Part shown: positions 46,214-59,221 of the stretch, piece after piece
How the letters are laid out: every line of letters begins with the position of its first letter
Position numbering within the stretch: position 1 is the stretch's first letter
Source of the DNA: Mobula hypostoma
Lineage: Eukaryota
Direction of reading: 5' to 3'
Length of the DNA: 64,000 nt
Assembly: GCF_963921235.1 (NCBI RefSeq)
Contig: NC_086107.1
Span: 116,190,001 to 116,254,000 of the forward strand
Notes under the pieces: model-generated
Told to the model about the DNA's origin: nothing
The model's input: only the letters and a program-made list of their open reading frames with translations
The model's database searches: none
Program-made: the position numbers and the translations under genes

Positions 46214-48775
46214 CAGACATCCCACCTCTCCCGGAAGTTCCGGGAGTCTCCCGCATATTAATAGCAGCTCCCTGACGCCTGCAAATTATATACAATATCC
46301 CAGAAATGAGAGGGAGAGCGGGAGCAAGAGTGAGCATCCTGATTGGTCTACTTAGCACAAAGAGAGACCAATCAGTCTTCTCTGTGGGCGGCCTTTACAG
46401 TTGACCTCTCTCTCCATCAGTTCAGTTTCGTGTCCTGCACCGCCATGGCAGAGTGTTTCAAAAAAAGAAAATATAAAGCGTACATCACCCCAGACTACCC
46501 TAAAGTGTACCCCTGCCTAATAGGGGTCAAAAATAATGACAGTGTTGCTCGCTGCACTGTTTGCAACAGTGACTTTTCTATTGCCCTTGGTGGGTTAAGA
46601 CTGTAACAGACATGTTGAGGTGAGTTTAACAGGTGTCATTCGTTCATTAGCATAGCTAACGTTATTTAAACTAGCTGCCTAGCTGCTAAGGAGCTACTCT
46701 ACTGATGTCCTACGTGATGAGGCCAAACTCCCTGGAGACGTGCTTAAAGTTGTAATAGAATTAAAAATGACTCCATGATAATATATAAGTACATACTGTA
46801 TTTTAATGTCACATTTTCTGCAAATACCCAGTTTACAGATTACAGATTGGTTTACAGATTAGACAAAATCACTGAACAAAGTATTACATAAGACAATATA
46901 ATAAGGATACACCTTGTGCTTTTATTTCTTTTAGGGACCACAACATATTAGGGAGGCTAATTGCAGGGAAGACTGCTCAAGTATTTCACAGTCCTTTTCA
47001 GCAGAGCCACATCACAGTACAAGGAAAGTTTGCAAAAGAAATAGAAAAGCTGTTTGCATTAGAAACATAGAAAATAGGTGCAGGAGTAGGCCATTCGGCC
47101 CTTCGAGCCTGCACCGCCATTTATTATGATCATGGCTGATCATCCAACTCAGAACCCCACCCCAGCCTTCCCTCCATACCCCCTGACCCCTGTAGCCACA
47201 AGGGCCATATCTAACTCCCTCTTAAATATAGCCAATGAACTGGCCTCAACTGTTTCCTGTGGCAGAGAATTCCACAGATTCACCACTCTCTGTGTGAAGA
47301 AGTTTTTCCTAATCTCGGTCCTAAAAGGCTTCCCCTTTATTCTCAATCTGTGACCCCTCGTTCTGGACTTCCCCAACATTGGGAACAATCTTCCTGCATC
47401 TAGCCTGTCCAATCCCTTTAGGATTTTATACGTTTCAATCAGATCCCCCCCTCAATCTTCTAAATTCCAACGAGTACAAGCCTAGTCAATCCAGTCTTTC
47501 GTCATATGAAAGTCCTGCCATCCCAGGAATCAATCTGCTGAACCTTCTTTGTACTCCCTCTATGGCAAGAATGTCTTTCCTCAGATTAGGGGACCAAAAC
47601 TGCACACAATACTCCAGGTGTGCTCTCACCAAGGCCTTGTACAACTGCAGTAGTACCTCCCTGCTCCTGTACTCGAATCCTCTCGCTATAAATGCCAGCA
47701 TACCATTCGCCTTTTTCACCGCCTGCTGTACCTGCATGCCCACTTTCAATGACTGGTGTATAATGACACCCAGGTCTCGTTGCACCTCCCCTTTTCCTAA
47801 TCAGCCACCATCTAGTTAATAATCTGTTTTCCTGTTTTTGCCACCAAAGTGGATAATCTCACATTTATCTACATTAAATTGCATCTGCCATGAATTTGCC
47901 CACTCACCCAACCTATTCAAGTCACCCTGTATCCTCTTAGCATCGTCCTCACAGCTAACACTGCCGCCCAGCTTTGTGTCATCCGCAAACTTGGAGATGC
48001 TGCATTTAATTCCCTCATCTAAATCATTAATATATATTGTAAACAACTGGGGTCCCAGCACTGAGCCTTGCGGTACCCCACTAGTCACTGCCTGCCATTC
48101 TGAAAAGGTCCCATTTATTCCCACTCTTGGCTTCCTGTCTGCCAACTAATTCTCTATCCACATCAATACCTTACTCCCAATACCGTGTGCTTTAAGTTTG
48201 CACACTAATCTCCTGTGTGGGACCTTGTCAAAAGCCTTTTGAAAATCCAAATATACCACATCCACTGGTTCTCCCCTATCCACTCTACTAGTTACATCCT
48301 CAAAAAATTCTATGAAATTCGTCAGACATGATTTTCCTTTCACAAATCCATGCTGACTTTGTCTGATGATTTCACCCCTTTCCAAATGTGCTGTTATCAC
48401 ATCTTTGATAATTGACTCCAGCAGTTTCCCCACCACCGATGTTAGGCTAACCGGTCTATAATTCCCCGGTTTCTCTCTCCCTCCTTTTTTAAAAAGTGGG
48501 GTTACATTAGCCACCCTCCAATCCTCAGGAACTAGTCCAGAATTAGTATTGAGATTGTCAACAAAATACTCAACAAGGAATATATATATTGGTGTGTGTG
48601 TGTGTGTGTAAATAGTTTAAATATGTGTCAAATAAATTGTTGTGTTCTTTCATAATCAAATGTCTCGTATACATGCGCCCTTGGAGGTCGACCGGGGGCG
48701 GGTGGGGGAATATGAGGTTGTGGGAGGCAGGGGTGCTACCTCCCCGAAATGAGTTTTTGCAGGGTGGGATGTCTG
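46214..48775 (+). mobile_element. Non-autonomous hAT-like DNA transposon with a BED zinc-finger remnant, interrupted by CR1
   Basis: TIRs CAGACATCCCACC / GGTGGGATGTCTG; flanks CTATAT/CCATAT; ARCTVCNSDFSIA.GGL..C.RHVE|GPQH. Confidence 0.82.
47061..48543 (-). mobile_element. Young 5'-truncated CR1 (subfamily of 29998-32002)
   Basis: RT motifs with a few stops; (TTTCTATG) tail; ATTAG-like TSD. Confidence 0.93.
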
Positions 48776-49224
48776 CCATATCCAATCACTTTAAAAGTAT
48801 GCCCCTTGTGTTAACCTTTTCTAGCCTGGGTAAAAGCCAGTGGTTGTTCTGTCTTTCAATATCTCTATGGACGTGGACCCCGAAATTCCTCTGTTCCTCC
48901 ACACTAACAATCCAACCATTAAACCAATATTCTGTGTTCAGGCTTCCTGGGAATATGGGCCAAAGGCGAGTAAAAGGGGCCGTTCAGATAGGAATATGTG
49001 TCAGTATATACAAATAGGGCCGAAAGGCCTGCTTCTGTCCCGGGCAGCACTGAAGGAAGGAAAGAAATGTAGTTATTCGTGCTCATTTCAGTCTTGTAGG
49101 GGCTGCTGCCCGCAACAAAGATGGTGGGGCCAACATGATTTCCCCATTCTCCCAGGGCAGAGCTGCCCGCGAGAAATATGGAACGTGATCTGCCAACAAC
49201 GAATATGGCGCCGCCAGCTCAGTT

Positions 49225-49640
49225 GAACATCGACTTCTCTAACTTCCGCTAAGGCCCCACCTCCCCCTCGTACCCCATCTGTTATTTATTTTTATGCACA
49301 CATTCTTTCTCTCACTCTCCTTTTTTCTCCCTCTGTCCCTCTGAATATACCCCGTGCCCATCCTCTGGGTTTCCCCCCTCCCCCCCCGTCTTTCTCCCTG
49401 GGCCTCCTGTCCCATGATCCTCTCGTATCCCCTTTGCCAATCACCTGTCCAGCTCTCGGCTCTATCCCTCCCCCTCCTGTCTTCTCCTATCATTTTGCAT
49501 CTCCCCCTCCCCCTCCAGCTTTCAAATCCCTTACTCACTCTTCCTTCAGTTAGTCCTGACGAAGGGTCTCGGCCTGAAACGTCGACTGTACCTCTTCCTA
49601 GAGATGCTGCCTGACCAGCAACTTTGATGTGTGTTGCTTG
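49225..49640 (+). mobile_element. Penelope-like element pLTR
   Basis: tgaacatcgacttctctaacttccg...cctgacgaagggtctcggcctgaaacgtcgactg...gatgctgcctgacc; CAGTTGA on both sides. Confidence 0.82.
49552..49587 (+). ncRNA. Minimal type I hammerhead ribozyme motif (Penelope-associated)
   Basis: AGTC-CTGACGA-AGG(gtctcgg)CCT-GAAA-CG-TC-GACT: intact core, stems I and II pair. Confidence 0.75.
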
Positions 49641-50837
49641 CCCAGTTGACGCCAATTTCTTGACCGCACGGAACATGGCATCCTGTCCGCGGGTGAAGAT
49701 GACGTCTGGCAGCTGCCCACAATAAATATGGCGGCAGCAGTACATTCAAGTTGGCAAGGACTCCGGGGATCTTCCCCGCGCTTACATGGTGGATGCAGGC
49801 TGCGGTAGCGATTTCCCTTTATCGGACAGCTGGACATGGTCGTGTGCCGATATTTGCAGACGTTCGGCCTGTGTTGCGGCTGGGGGTGGATTGTGAGCTG
49901 GCGTTGGGGAGTTACGGGACTGCTTGCCCCTCACCAAGGTGGCGGTAGCTAGAGGCCGCCATCTCGCTACGGGGATGGGCCCGGCCGCCATTTTGTGAGT
50001 CCGGGCAGAGAGGCTGCCGGGAATCGGCGGGACTGTGAAGGGAAAGCGGGCGGGGGTGTCCCCGCCAATGGAGAATCTGCAGGAAAAGGGGAATTCTCCC
50101 CGAAATCTGCAGGGAAAGGGAATTTCTCCCCCAAAATCAGTGAAAATATCGAGGGAAAGGAGAATTTCTCCTCAAAATCAGGGGCAATATGCAGAGAAAT
50201 TTGGAGGGGATACGAGGGCCCGGTATTCACCAGAGGAGGAACTCTGACCCCTCACAAAATGGAAATCGCTGGGAGATTAGAAATTCCAGAATTGGGAATA
50301 TTAAGTTCCGTTTAATTGTCATTCAACCATACATGACTACACCAAAGGAAAGTATTCCTCTGGGGTCCAGGTGCAAAGCACGTTGCCAACAGAATGCTGC
50401 ATGTGGTGCAGATGGTTACCATTTCAGGAAACGTGTGGTTGCAAAGAAAGGAAAAGAGAGGCAAGTCCCAGAGTGGTGTGACTGCAGGTTCCTGGTCCAG
50501 CTTGTTCTTCCACGGAGTGAACACCTGGGAGAGGGGCCAGCGTGCCCAGCAGAGGCCCCTGGGCAGCTGCAACAGGCCACCCCATGCCTGAGACCTCGTC
50601 CTTGCTACAACCAACGCAATGCAACTTCCCTGCCGTCAGTCTCGCTAATGAAAAATCTTGCTGTACTCTACGGTACCAATGTCCAACAGGGTCTTGCAAT
50701 CCCAATATAAACACTACCATCTGTCCTGAGAGGGGACATTTGCCCCACCACCATGTGAGGTTTGCAGGAAGCCAGGAAAAAAATGCTTGGAATTGAAGAA
50801 TCAGTCCCACAAACTTGGAAAGTGGACATTCATTGCA

Positions 50838-50933
50838 GTCAACACACATAAAAGTTGCTGGTGAACTCAGCAGGCCAGGCAGCATCTCTGGGAAGAGGTA
50901 CAGTCGACGTTTCAGGTCGAGACCCTTTCTCAG
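50838..50933 (-). mobile_element. Short Penelope pLTR fragment with a mutated hammerhead core
   Basis: Reverse complement ctgagaaagggtctcgacctgaaacgtcgactg...gatgctgcctggcctgctgagttc. Confidence 0.78.
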
Positions 50934-52289
50934 AAAGAAAGATGGATGGTAAGAAGATTGGGGACAGAGGGACCCTGGGGAGTGTTGTAGGACTGAGGAG
51001 TACAGGTACATGGTTCCCTGGAAGTGGCATTACAAGTAGTCAGTCAGGGCACTGAGTACAGGAGTTGGGATGTCATGTTGCACAAGACGCTGGCAAGACC
51101 ACACTTGGAGTATCTCAGTTCTGGTCACCCTGCTCTAGGAAAGATGTCATTGAGTTGGAAAGAATGCAAAGGAGATGGAAGAGGATGTCTGTTTGTTTAT
51201 CTAGTGATACAGTGTGAAGTTGGTCCTTCAAACCAAACCACACCACCCCAGAAACCCCACGTTAATGGGACAATTTTACAATGATAAATTAACCAGCCGG
51301 GTTGATCTTTGGACTGTGGGAGGGAATTGGAGCGCCCAGGCATTCCATGGTGAGGACGTGTAGAGACACCTTACAGAATGGCACCAGAATTGAACTCTGA
51401 ACTCTGAGCTGCTACGCTACTGTGTTGCCCATAGCATGGGACTCGGGGGACTGAGGTATGGAGAGCGTGGACAGGTTGAGACCTTTTTATTTATTAGAGT
51501 GCAGGAGACTGAGGGGTGACCTTACAGGGGTATGAAACCACGAGGGGCACAGAGAGGGTGAATGTGCACAGTCTTTCCTCCCAGGGTTGGGGATCAAGAG
51601 GTGGGGGGAACAGGTTTAAGGTGAGAGGGAAGAGATTTAATAGGGATCCAAAAGGCAAGTTTTTCATCCAGAGGGTGGTCATATATGGAACGAGCTGCCA
51701 GAGGAAGTGGCTGAGGCAGGGACATTAACAACATTTAAAAGACAATTGGACAGATACACTAAGAAATGTTCAGACCAGGAGTTGCCAAGCTTTTTCATGT
51801 CCTGATATTAAACAAGGAGTCTGTGGATCTCAAGTTGCTTTAGAGGGATGTGGGCCAAATGCAGGGAAATGGGCCTGGATTTGATGCATATCGGGGGGGG
51901 GGGGAGGACTTCCTGCTGAACCTCTTTTGCACCTTTTCCAAAGTCCCCACACCAGCGTAATCAATTACGTCACTCAGCCCGGAATTCTCTCTTCCCTCTT
52001 TCATCAGGCAGAAGATAGAAAAGCCTGAAAGCATATCCCACCAGACTCGAGGACAGCTTCTACCCCACTGAATGGACTTGTACAATAAGGTGGACTCACA
52101 TCTACCTTGTTATGATCTTGCACGTTATCATTGACCTGCACTGCACTCTCTGTAACTGTGGCACCTTATTCTACATTCAGTTGTTCCGCCTCAGTGCACT
52201 GTGTAACTATCTGGTCTGTGTGAACAGCGTGTGAGACAAGTTTTTCACTATCTCCGTACATGTGACAATAATAAACCAATTCCAGTACA

Positions 52290-52975
52290 AAGAGTAAAAG
52301 ATAGAATCAGAATGACGTACATTATCTCTGATATGTGTTGTGAAATTTGTTGTGTTTGTGGTAGCAGTACAATGCAAGACATAAAAATAATTACAATATT
52401 AGAATAAGGAATCGTGTGAAACAGTACGAAAGAGGAATAGTGAGGTATTGGTCTTGGGTTCATGGGCCTTTCAGAAATCTGATGGTGGAGGGGAAGGAGC
52501 TTTTCCAGAATGGGTCTGCAGGCTCCTGTACCTCCTCCCAGATGGTGGTAATGAGAAGAGGGTACGTCCCAGGTGGTGAGGGTCCTTAGTGATTCCTGAG
52601 GCATCACCTCTTCAAGATGTCCTCGATGGTGGGGAGGGTTGTGCCCATGAGGAAGTTGACTGAGTCTACACCCCTCTTGTGATCCTGTGCATTGGAGCCT
52701 CCAGATCAGACAAAATGCTCTCCGCCGTACATCTGTACAAATTTATAGTGGTTGGTGATCCTCAAACTCCTAATGAGGCGTAGCTACTGTGGAACCTTCT
52801 CCATGTCTGCAGCGATGTGTTGGGCCCACGACAAACCCTCTGAGATTTTGGAACCCAGGAACTTGAAACTGCCCACCCCTTCAGCTGCTGAACCCTCTGA
52901 GGACTGGTGTGTGTTTCCCTGACTTCCCCTTCTTGACATCCACAATCAGTTCCTTGGTCGTGCTGACTTTGATTA
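52290..52975 (-). mobile_element. Degenerate Rex1/Babar fragment
   Basis: Similar to 28684-29735, with a gaatcagaat tail. Confidence 0.7.
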
Positions 52976-53384
52976 TGAATCTCTGGAAGGAACTCAGGGG
53001 ACAGAGAGAAGATTCCCAAGGGCTCCCTGTCCCTACATTCCAAATGACTGACTGCTCCCACTCCCATCTATTGCTCTAATTCCCTTATTTTGAGGAGAAT
53101 TCTGCGTGATTTTTTCTGTTTGTCAGGAAGAGTGCAACAGTACAGGAGCAGGCCATTTGGCCCAAATTCAAAAGGATTGGACATAGTTAATGGTAGGACC
53201 ATTGACGGGAGAGGGGAGAAGAGACTATTTCTTCTCTCTTCTACAGATGTACGGTGGAGAACTCCAATGCACAGGATCGCAAGAAGCTACAGAGAATTGT
53301 AGTCTCTGTCAGCTTCATCACAGGTACAATCAATGTTACAGACCAGGGGTTCCCAACCTGGGTCCATAATCTCCTTGCTTACAT

Positions 53385-56300
53385 GGACAGTAGGTGTTGT
53401 CTACAAGGACTTTAGCAAGCCATTTGACAAGGTCCTGCATGGGAGATTAGTCAAGAAAGTTCAGTCGCTTAGCATCTAGGATGGGATAGTAAATTGGATT
53501 AGGCACTGATTTGTAGGAAAAACCAGAGAGTGGTAGTAGGTGACTGGAGGCCTGTGACTAGTGGAGTGCCACAGGGATCAATGCTGGGTCCGTTGTTGTT
53601 TGTCATTTATATCAAAGTTCAAAGTAAAACTCATTATCAGAGTACATACATGTCACCACATATAACCTTCAGATTTTTTTTTCTTGCAGGCATTATCAGC
53701 AAATCTGTACAATATAACTGTAAACAGGAACTGTGCAAATGCAGATATAAATAATAGCAATAAATAACAAGCACAAAATAACAATGCTATCATGGGAAAA
53801 AGGGCTGAAAATGGCAGATGGAATTTAATTCAAACAAGTGCAAGATTTTGCACTTTGGTAGGACAAAGGTTTAAGAAGTGACTGGGCCTGTTGGAACTTG
53901 TCTGCTGAGTGGGAGATTACTTGCTAGTAATTTAGCAAGGGCCCATGGAAAGAACCAATGCGTAAGCGAAGCAGCCATTGTTGGAGTGGGCCAGTGTTAG
54001 AGTGGTCAGACTTTGGCTCAACAGGGCGCAGGCTAAGGGCGCTGAGTCACTTGGAATTATGTAGGTGATTGTGGAACTTAGAAGTCAGAGCCAAAAGTAT
54101 AACAAGTGTAGACAGGATTTTATTTAAAGCAGTAGAATGCTTCTCCTGTAGGATGTGGGATTAAAGGGTACCTAACGGTATCCCTGATGACTACATCCAC
54201 AGGAACTGCACCAGGTTTTCTGGAACTGTTGTGGGGGGGGGGGTTTAAACTAATTTGGCAGGGGGACGAGAACTGGACTGGCAGGGCTGAGGATGGGGCA
54301 GCTGATATACAAGTTAATGCAGTGTGTAGTGAGACTGTCAGAGGGACAGGCAGATGATCGTGCAAAATTTCAGTCAGTTGCACTGTAACAAGGGGACAAA
54401 ATGGAAAAGGGTGATGAATACAGGACTGAATGTGTAATACTTGAATACACACAGTATATGGAATGAGGTGGATGATCAGTTAGACATTGGCAGGTATGAC
54501 ATTGTGGGCGTCACTGAATCATGGTTGCAGCTTAACATCCAAGGATATGCCTTGTATCAAACAGTTAAGCAGAAGGGGTAGGATGTCTCTGTTGGTAAAA
54601 AATGATACCAAATCCTTAGAAAGAGGTGACATAGGTTTGGAATATGTAGAATTATTGTGGGTAGAGTTAAGAAACTGCGAGGGTAAAAATACCCTGATGG
54701 GAGTTATATACAGGCCCCCTGAACAGTAGCAAAGATGTGGGCTACAAGTTACAACAGGAATAGAAAAAACATGTAAAAATGTTATGGTAGTCACGGGGGA
54801 TTTTAAAATGCAGGTAGATTGGGAAAATCGGGTTGTTGCTGGATCCCAAGAGAGGGAATTTGTAGAAGGCACAGGATACACACATCCAATGAGGAAGAAG
54901 TATGCTAAAGGGAGAATGTCTCAACTGCGGCTGACAAGGGAAGTCAATGCCAGTATAAAAACCGAAGGGAGGGTATATAATAGAGCAAAAATTAGTGGGA
55001 AGTTAGAGGTTTGGGAAACTTTTAGAAACCAGCAGAAGGCAACTAAAAAGCCATAAGAAGGGAAAAGATAGAATACAAAGGTAAGCTGGCCAACAACATC
55101 AAAGAGGATACCAAAAGTTTTTTCAGATATATAAAGAGTAAAAGAGAGGCAAAAGTGAATATCGGACTACTGAAAAATGACACTGGAGAGGTAGTAATGG
55201 GGGACAAGGAAATGGCAGATGAACTGAATAAGTATTTTGCATCAGTCTTCACTGTAGAAGACACTAGCAGAATGCCAGAAATTCGAGAATGTCAGGGGGC
55301 AGAAGTGAGTGCAGTTGATATTACTAAGGAGAAGGTGCTGGGGAAGTTGAAAGGTCTGAATGTGGATCAGTCACTTGGACCAGATGGTCTACACCTCAGC
55401 GTTCTGAAAGAAGTAGCTGAAGAGATTGTGGGGGCATTAGTAATGATCTTTCAAGAATCACTAGATTCTGGAATGGTTCCAGAGGACTGGAAATTGAAAA
55501 TGTCTCTCTGTTTTTCAAGAAGGGAGGGAGGGTGAAGAAAGCAAATTATAGGCCAGTTAGCCTGAATTCAGTGTTTTGGGGTAACTTGGAGGCACATGGT
55601 AAAATAGGCCATAGTCATCATGCTTTCCTTAAGGGGAAATCTTGCGTAATAGGCAGGGTAGACAAAGGATAATCAGTGCATATTGTTTACTTGGATTTTC
55701 AGAAAAGTCTTTGACTAGGTGCCACACATGAGGCTGCTTAACAAGGTGAGAGCCTGTGCTATTACAGGAAAGATACTGGCATGGATAGAGGATTGGCTGA
55801 TTGGCAGGAAGCAAAGAGTGGGAATAAAGGACCTTTTCTGGTTGACCGCCGGTGACTAGTGCTGTTCCACAGGGGTCAGTACTGGGCCTGTTTCTTTTCA
55901 TGTCAATGATTTGGATGACAGAATTGATGGCTTTGTGGTCAAGTTGCAGACAATACGAAGATAGGCAGAGAGGCAGGTCGTGTTCAGGAAGCAGGGAGTC
56001 TGCAGAAGAATTTAAACAGATTAGGAGAATGGGCAAAGAAGTGGCAGATGGAATATAATGTCAAGAAGTGTATGGTCATGCACTTTGGTAGCAGGAATAA
56101 AGGCATAGACCATTTTCTAAATGTGGAGAAATTTCAAAAATCTGAGGTGCAAGGGGACTTGGGAGTCTTTGTGCAGGATTCCCTGAAGGTTAACTTGCAG
56201 ACTGAGTCAGTGGGAAGGAGGGTAAATGCAATGTTAGCATTAATTTCGAGAGGACTAGAATATAAGAGTAAGGATGTAATGCTGGGTCTTTATAAGGCAT

Positions 56301-57565
56301 TGGTCAGACTGCACTTGGAGTACAGTGAGCAGTTTTGGTCCCCTTACCTAAGAAAAGTTGTTCTGGCATTGGAGAGGGTCCAGAGGAGGTTCATGAGAAT
56401 GATTCTGGGAAAGAAAGGGTTAACATATGAAGAGTGTTTGATGGCTCTGGGTCTGTATTCACTGGAGTTTAGAAGAATCGAGGGGGATCTCATTGAAACC
56501 TATCAAATATTGAAAGGCCTCGATAGACTGGATGTGTAGAGGAGGACCAGAGGGCAGAGTCTCAGAATAGAGGGACATCCATTCAGAACAGAGATGAGGA
56601 AGAATTTCTTTAGCGAGAGGTTGGTGAAACCATGGAATCCATTGCCCCAGATGCCTGTGGAGGCCAAGTCGTCAAGTCTATTTAAAGTTGAGATTGATAG
56701 GTTCTTGATTATCCAGGGCATCAAAAGTTATGGGGAGAAGGCAGGAGAATGGGTTGAGAAGGAAACGGGTCAGCTATGATAAAATGGTGGAGCAGACTCG
56801 ATGGGCTGAATGGCCTAATTCTGTTCCTATCTCTTATGGCCTTAAACCAGAGTAGGACTTAAACATTGAACAGTAGGAATGTGGTAGAACAGAGGGATCT
56901 GGGAATACAGATTCATAGTTCCTTGGAAGTGGCAGCACAGTTAGACAAGGTCTTAAAGAGAGCTTTTGGCACATTGACCTTCATCGATCAATGTATTGAG
57001 TACAGGGGTTGGGATGTTATTTTGAAATTGTATAAGATGTTGGTGAGGCCTCATTTGGAGTATTGTGTGCAGTTCTGGTCACCAATGTACAGGAAAGATG
57101 TAAACAAGGTTGAAGGAGTACAGAGAAAACTTACAAGGATGTTGCCAGGAATTGAGGACCTGAGTTAAAGACAAAGGTTGAATAGGATAGGACTATATTC
57201 CCTGGAGCGTAGGAGAATGAAGGGAGATTTGATAGAGGTATACAAAATTATGAGGGGTATAGGTAGGATAAATGTAAGCAGACTTCTTCCACTGAGGTTA
57301 GGTGGGAACTAGAACTGAGATCATGGATTACGGGTGAAATGTGAAATGAGGGGAAAGTTTCCACTCAGATGGAGGTGAGAGTGTGGAAGTGGTGGATGAA
57401 AGCTCAATTCCAATGTTTAAGAAAAATTTGGATAGGTATATGGATGGGAGGTGTATGGAAGGTTATGGTCCACGTGCAGTTTGGTGGGACTGAGCAAATT
57501 TATAGTGCAGCACTGATTAGATGGGCCAAAGGGACTGTTTCCGTGCTGAGTACTCTATGACTCTA
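53385..57565 (+). mobile_element. Nested degenerate CR1 copies (an internally deleted 5'-to-3' copy at ~53870-56845 inside an older copy)
   Basis: ORF1 start remnant (VECFSCRMW), endonuclease remnants (GVIYRPP, GDF), RT remnants, two 3' tails. Confidence 0.8.
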
Positions 57566-57819
57566 TAAGCCTCCTCACCATTGAGGACATGCTGTCTTCT
57601 CATCTCTACCATCAGAATATATACTGAACGATTCAGAAACTACTTCCCCACCACCATCAGATTTCTGAACGGTTCATGAATCCTACCTTGGTACTCCTAT
57701 TTATCTTTGTAATTTACGGCGGTTTCATATCTTTGCTTTTCCAAACAGTCTTGCATTCTGGTCACCTTGTTATAGGACAGACGTAGAAGCTTTAGAGATG
57801 GAGGATGCAGAACCTTTAC

Positions 57820-58775
57820 AGAGGGTGTAGAGGAGATTTACCAGGATGCTGTCTGTATTAAAGAGGGTGTAGAGGAGATTCACCAGGATGTTGCCTGGAT
57901 TAGAGAGGGTGCAGAGGAGATTTACCAGGATGCTGTCTGTATTAGAGAGGGTGTAGAGGAGATTCACCAGGATGTTGCCTGGATTAGAGAGGGTGCAGAG
58001 GAGATTCACCAGGATGCTGTCTGTATTAGAGAGGGTGTAGAGGAGATTCACCAGGATGTTGCCTGGATTAGAGAGGGTGCAGAGGAGATTCACCAGGATG
58101 CTGCCTGGATTAGAGAGGGTGCAGAGGAGATTTACCAGGATGCTGTCTGTATTAAAGAGGGTGCAGAGGAGATTCACCAGGATGTTGCCTGGATTAGAGA
58201 GGGTGCAGAGGAGATTTACCAGGATGCTGTCTGTATTAGAGAGGGTGTAGAGGAGATTCACCAGGATGTTGCCTGGATTAGAGAGGGTGCAGAGGAGATT
58301 CACCAGGATGCTGCCTGGATTAGAGAGGGTGCAGAGGAGATTCACCAGGATGCTGCCTGGATTAGAGAGGGTGCAGAGGAGATTTACCAGGATGCTGTCT
58401 GTATTAGAGAGGGTGCGGAGGAGATTCACCAGGATGCTGCCTGGATTAGAGAGGGTGCAGAGGAGATTCACCAGGATGCTGCCTGGATTAGAGAGGGTGC
58501 AGAGGAGATTCACCAGGATGCTGCCTGGATTAGAGAGGGTGCAGAGGAGATTTACCAGGATGCTGTCTGTATTAGAGAGGGTACGGAGGAGATTCACCAG
58601 GATGCTGCCTGGATTAGAGAGGGTGCAGAGGAGATTCACCAGGATGCTGCCTGGATTAGAGAGGGTGCAGAGGAGATTTACCAGGATGCTGTCTGTATTA
58701 GAGAGGGTGCGGAGGAGATTCACCAGGATGCTGTCTGTATTAGAGAGGGTACGGAGGAGATTTACCGGAGTGTTG
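57820..58775 (+). repeat. 42-bp minisatellite amplified from CR1 ORF2 (LERVQRRFTRMLPG)n, ~22 copies
   Basis: Embedded in collinear CR1 sequence on both sides. Confidence 0.95.
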
Positions 58776-59221
58776 CTTGGATTAGTGGACAGTCAGAGAC
58801 TCTTTCCCAGGACAGAAATGACTAATCTGAGGGTGTATGATTTTAAGATGATTGGAGGAAAGTACGGGTGTGGGGGGGGATGTCAGAGATTGTTTTTCTT
58901 ACACAGAGAGTGGTGGGTGTATGGAATATGCGGTCGGTTGGTGAGAGGCAGATACATTGGAGACTTTTTAGATGGGCACAACGACGATAGAAAAATGAAG
59001 GAATATGTAGGAAGGGTTAGTTTGGTCTTGTAAGTTAAAGGTCAGCACACCGTTGTGGGTCAAAGAGCACAGTTCAGGCCCTCTTATCTTTCGCATCATG
59101 TAATAATGCTCCTGATTCATGGATCTCCCAGGAACTGGGGAGGGGTGGGGTAGCAAGCTGGAGAGGGGCCAAATGGCCTGCAAAAGGAGATTCCCCTACC
59201 CCCCACCCTGCCTCCCGATTT

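Larger units (their letters stand above)
49100..50060. promoter_or_regulatory. CpG-rich region with clustered YY1-like motifs
   Basis: AANATGG-type motifs at 49118, 49175, 49202, 49672, 49696 and 49725; GCCGCCATTTT at 49984. Confidence 0.5.

Noticed and set aside
49782..49991. Minus-strand MAAGP.../MAASSYRHL starts as a protein-coding first exon
   Set aside because: No recognisable homology, and no downstream exons found before the GDPD3 3' end; kept only as a regulatory finding
57770..59033. 317-aa and 255-aa repetitive ORFs as a novel repeat protein
   Set aside because: They arise from a 42-bp (multiple of 3) CR1-derived array; there is no promoter or splice context, and stops occur in variant units
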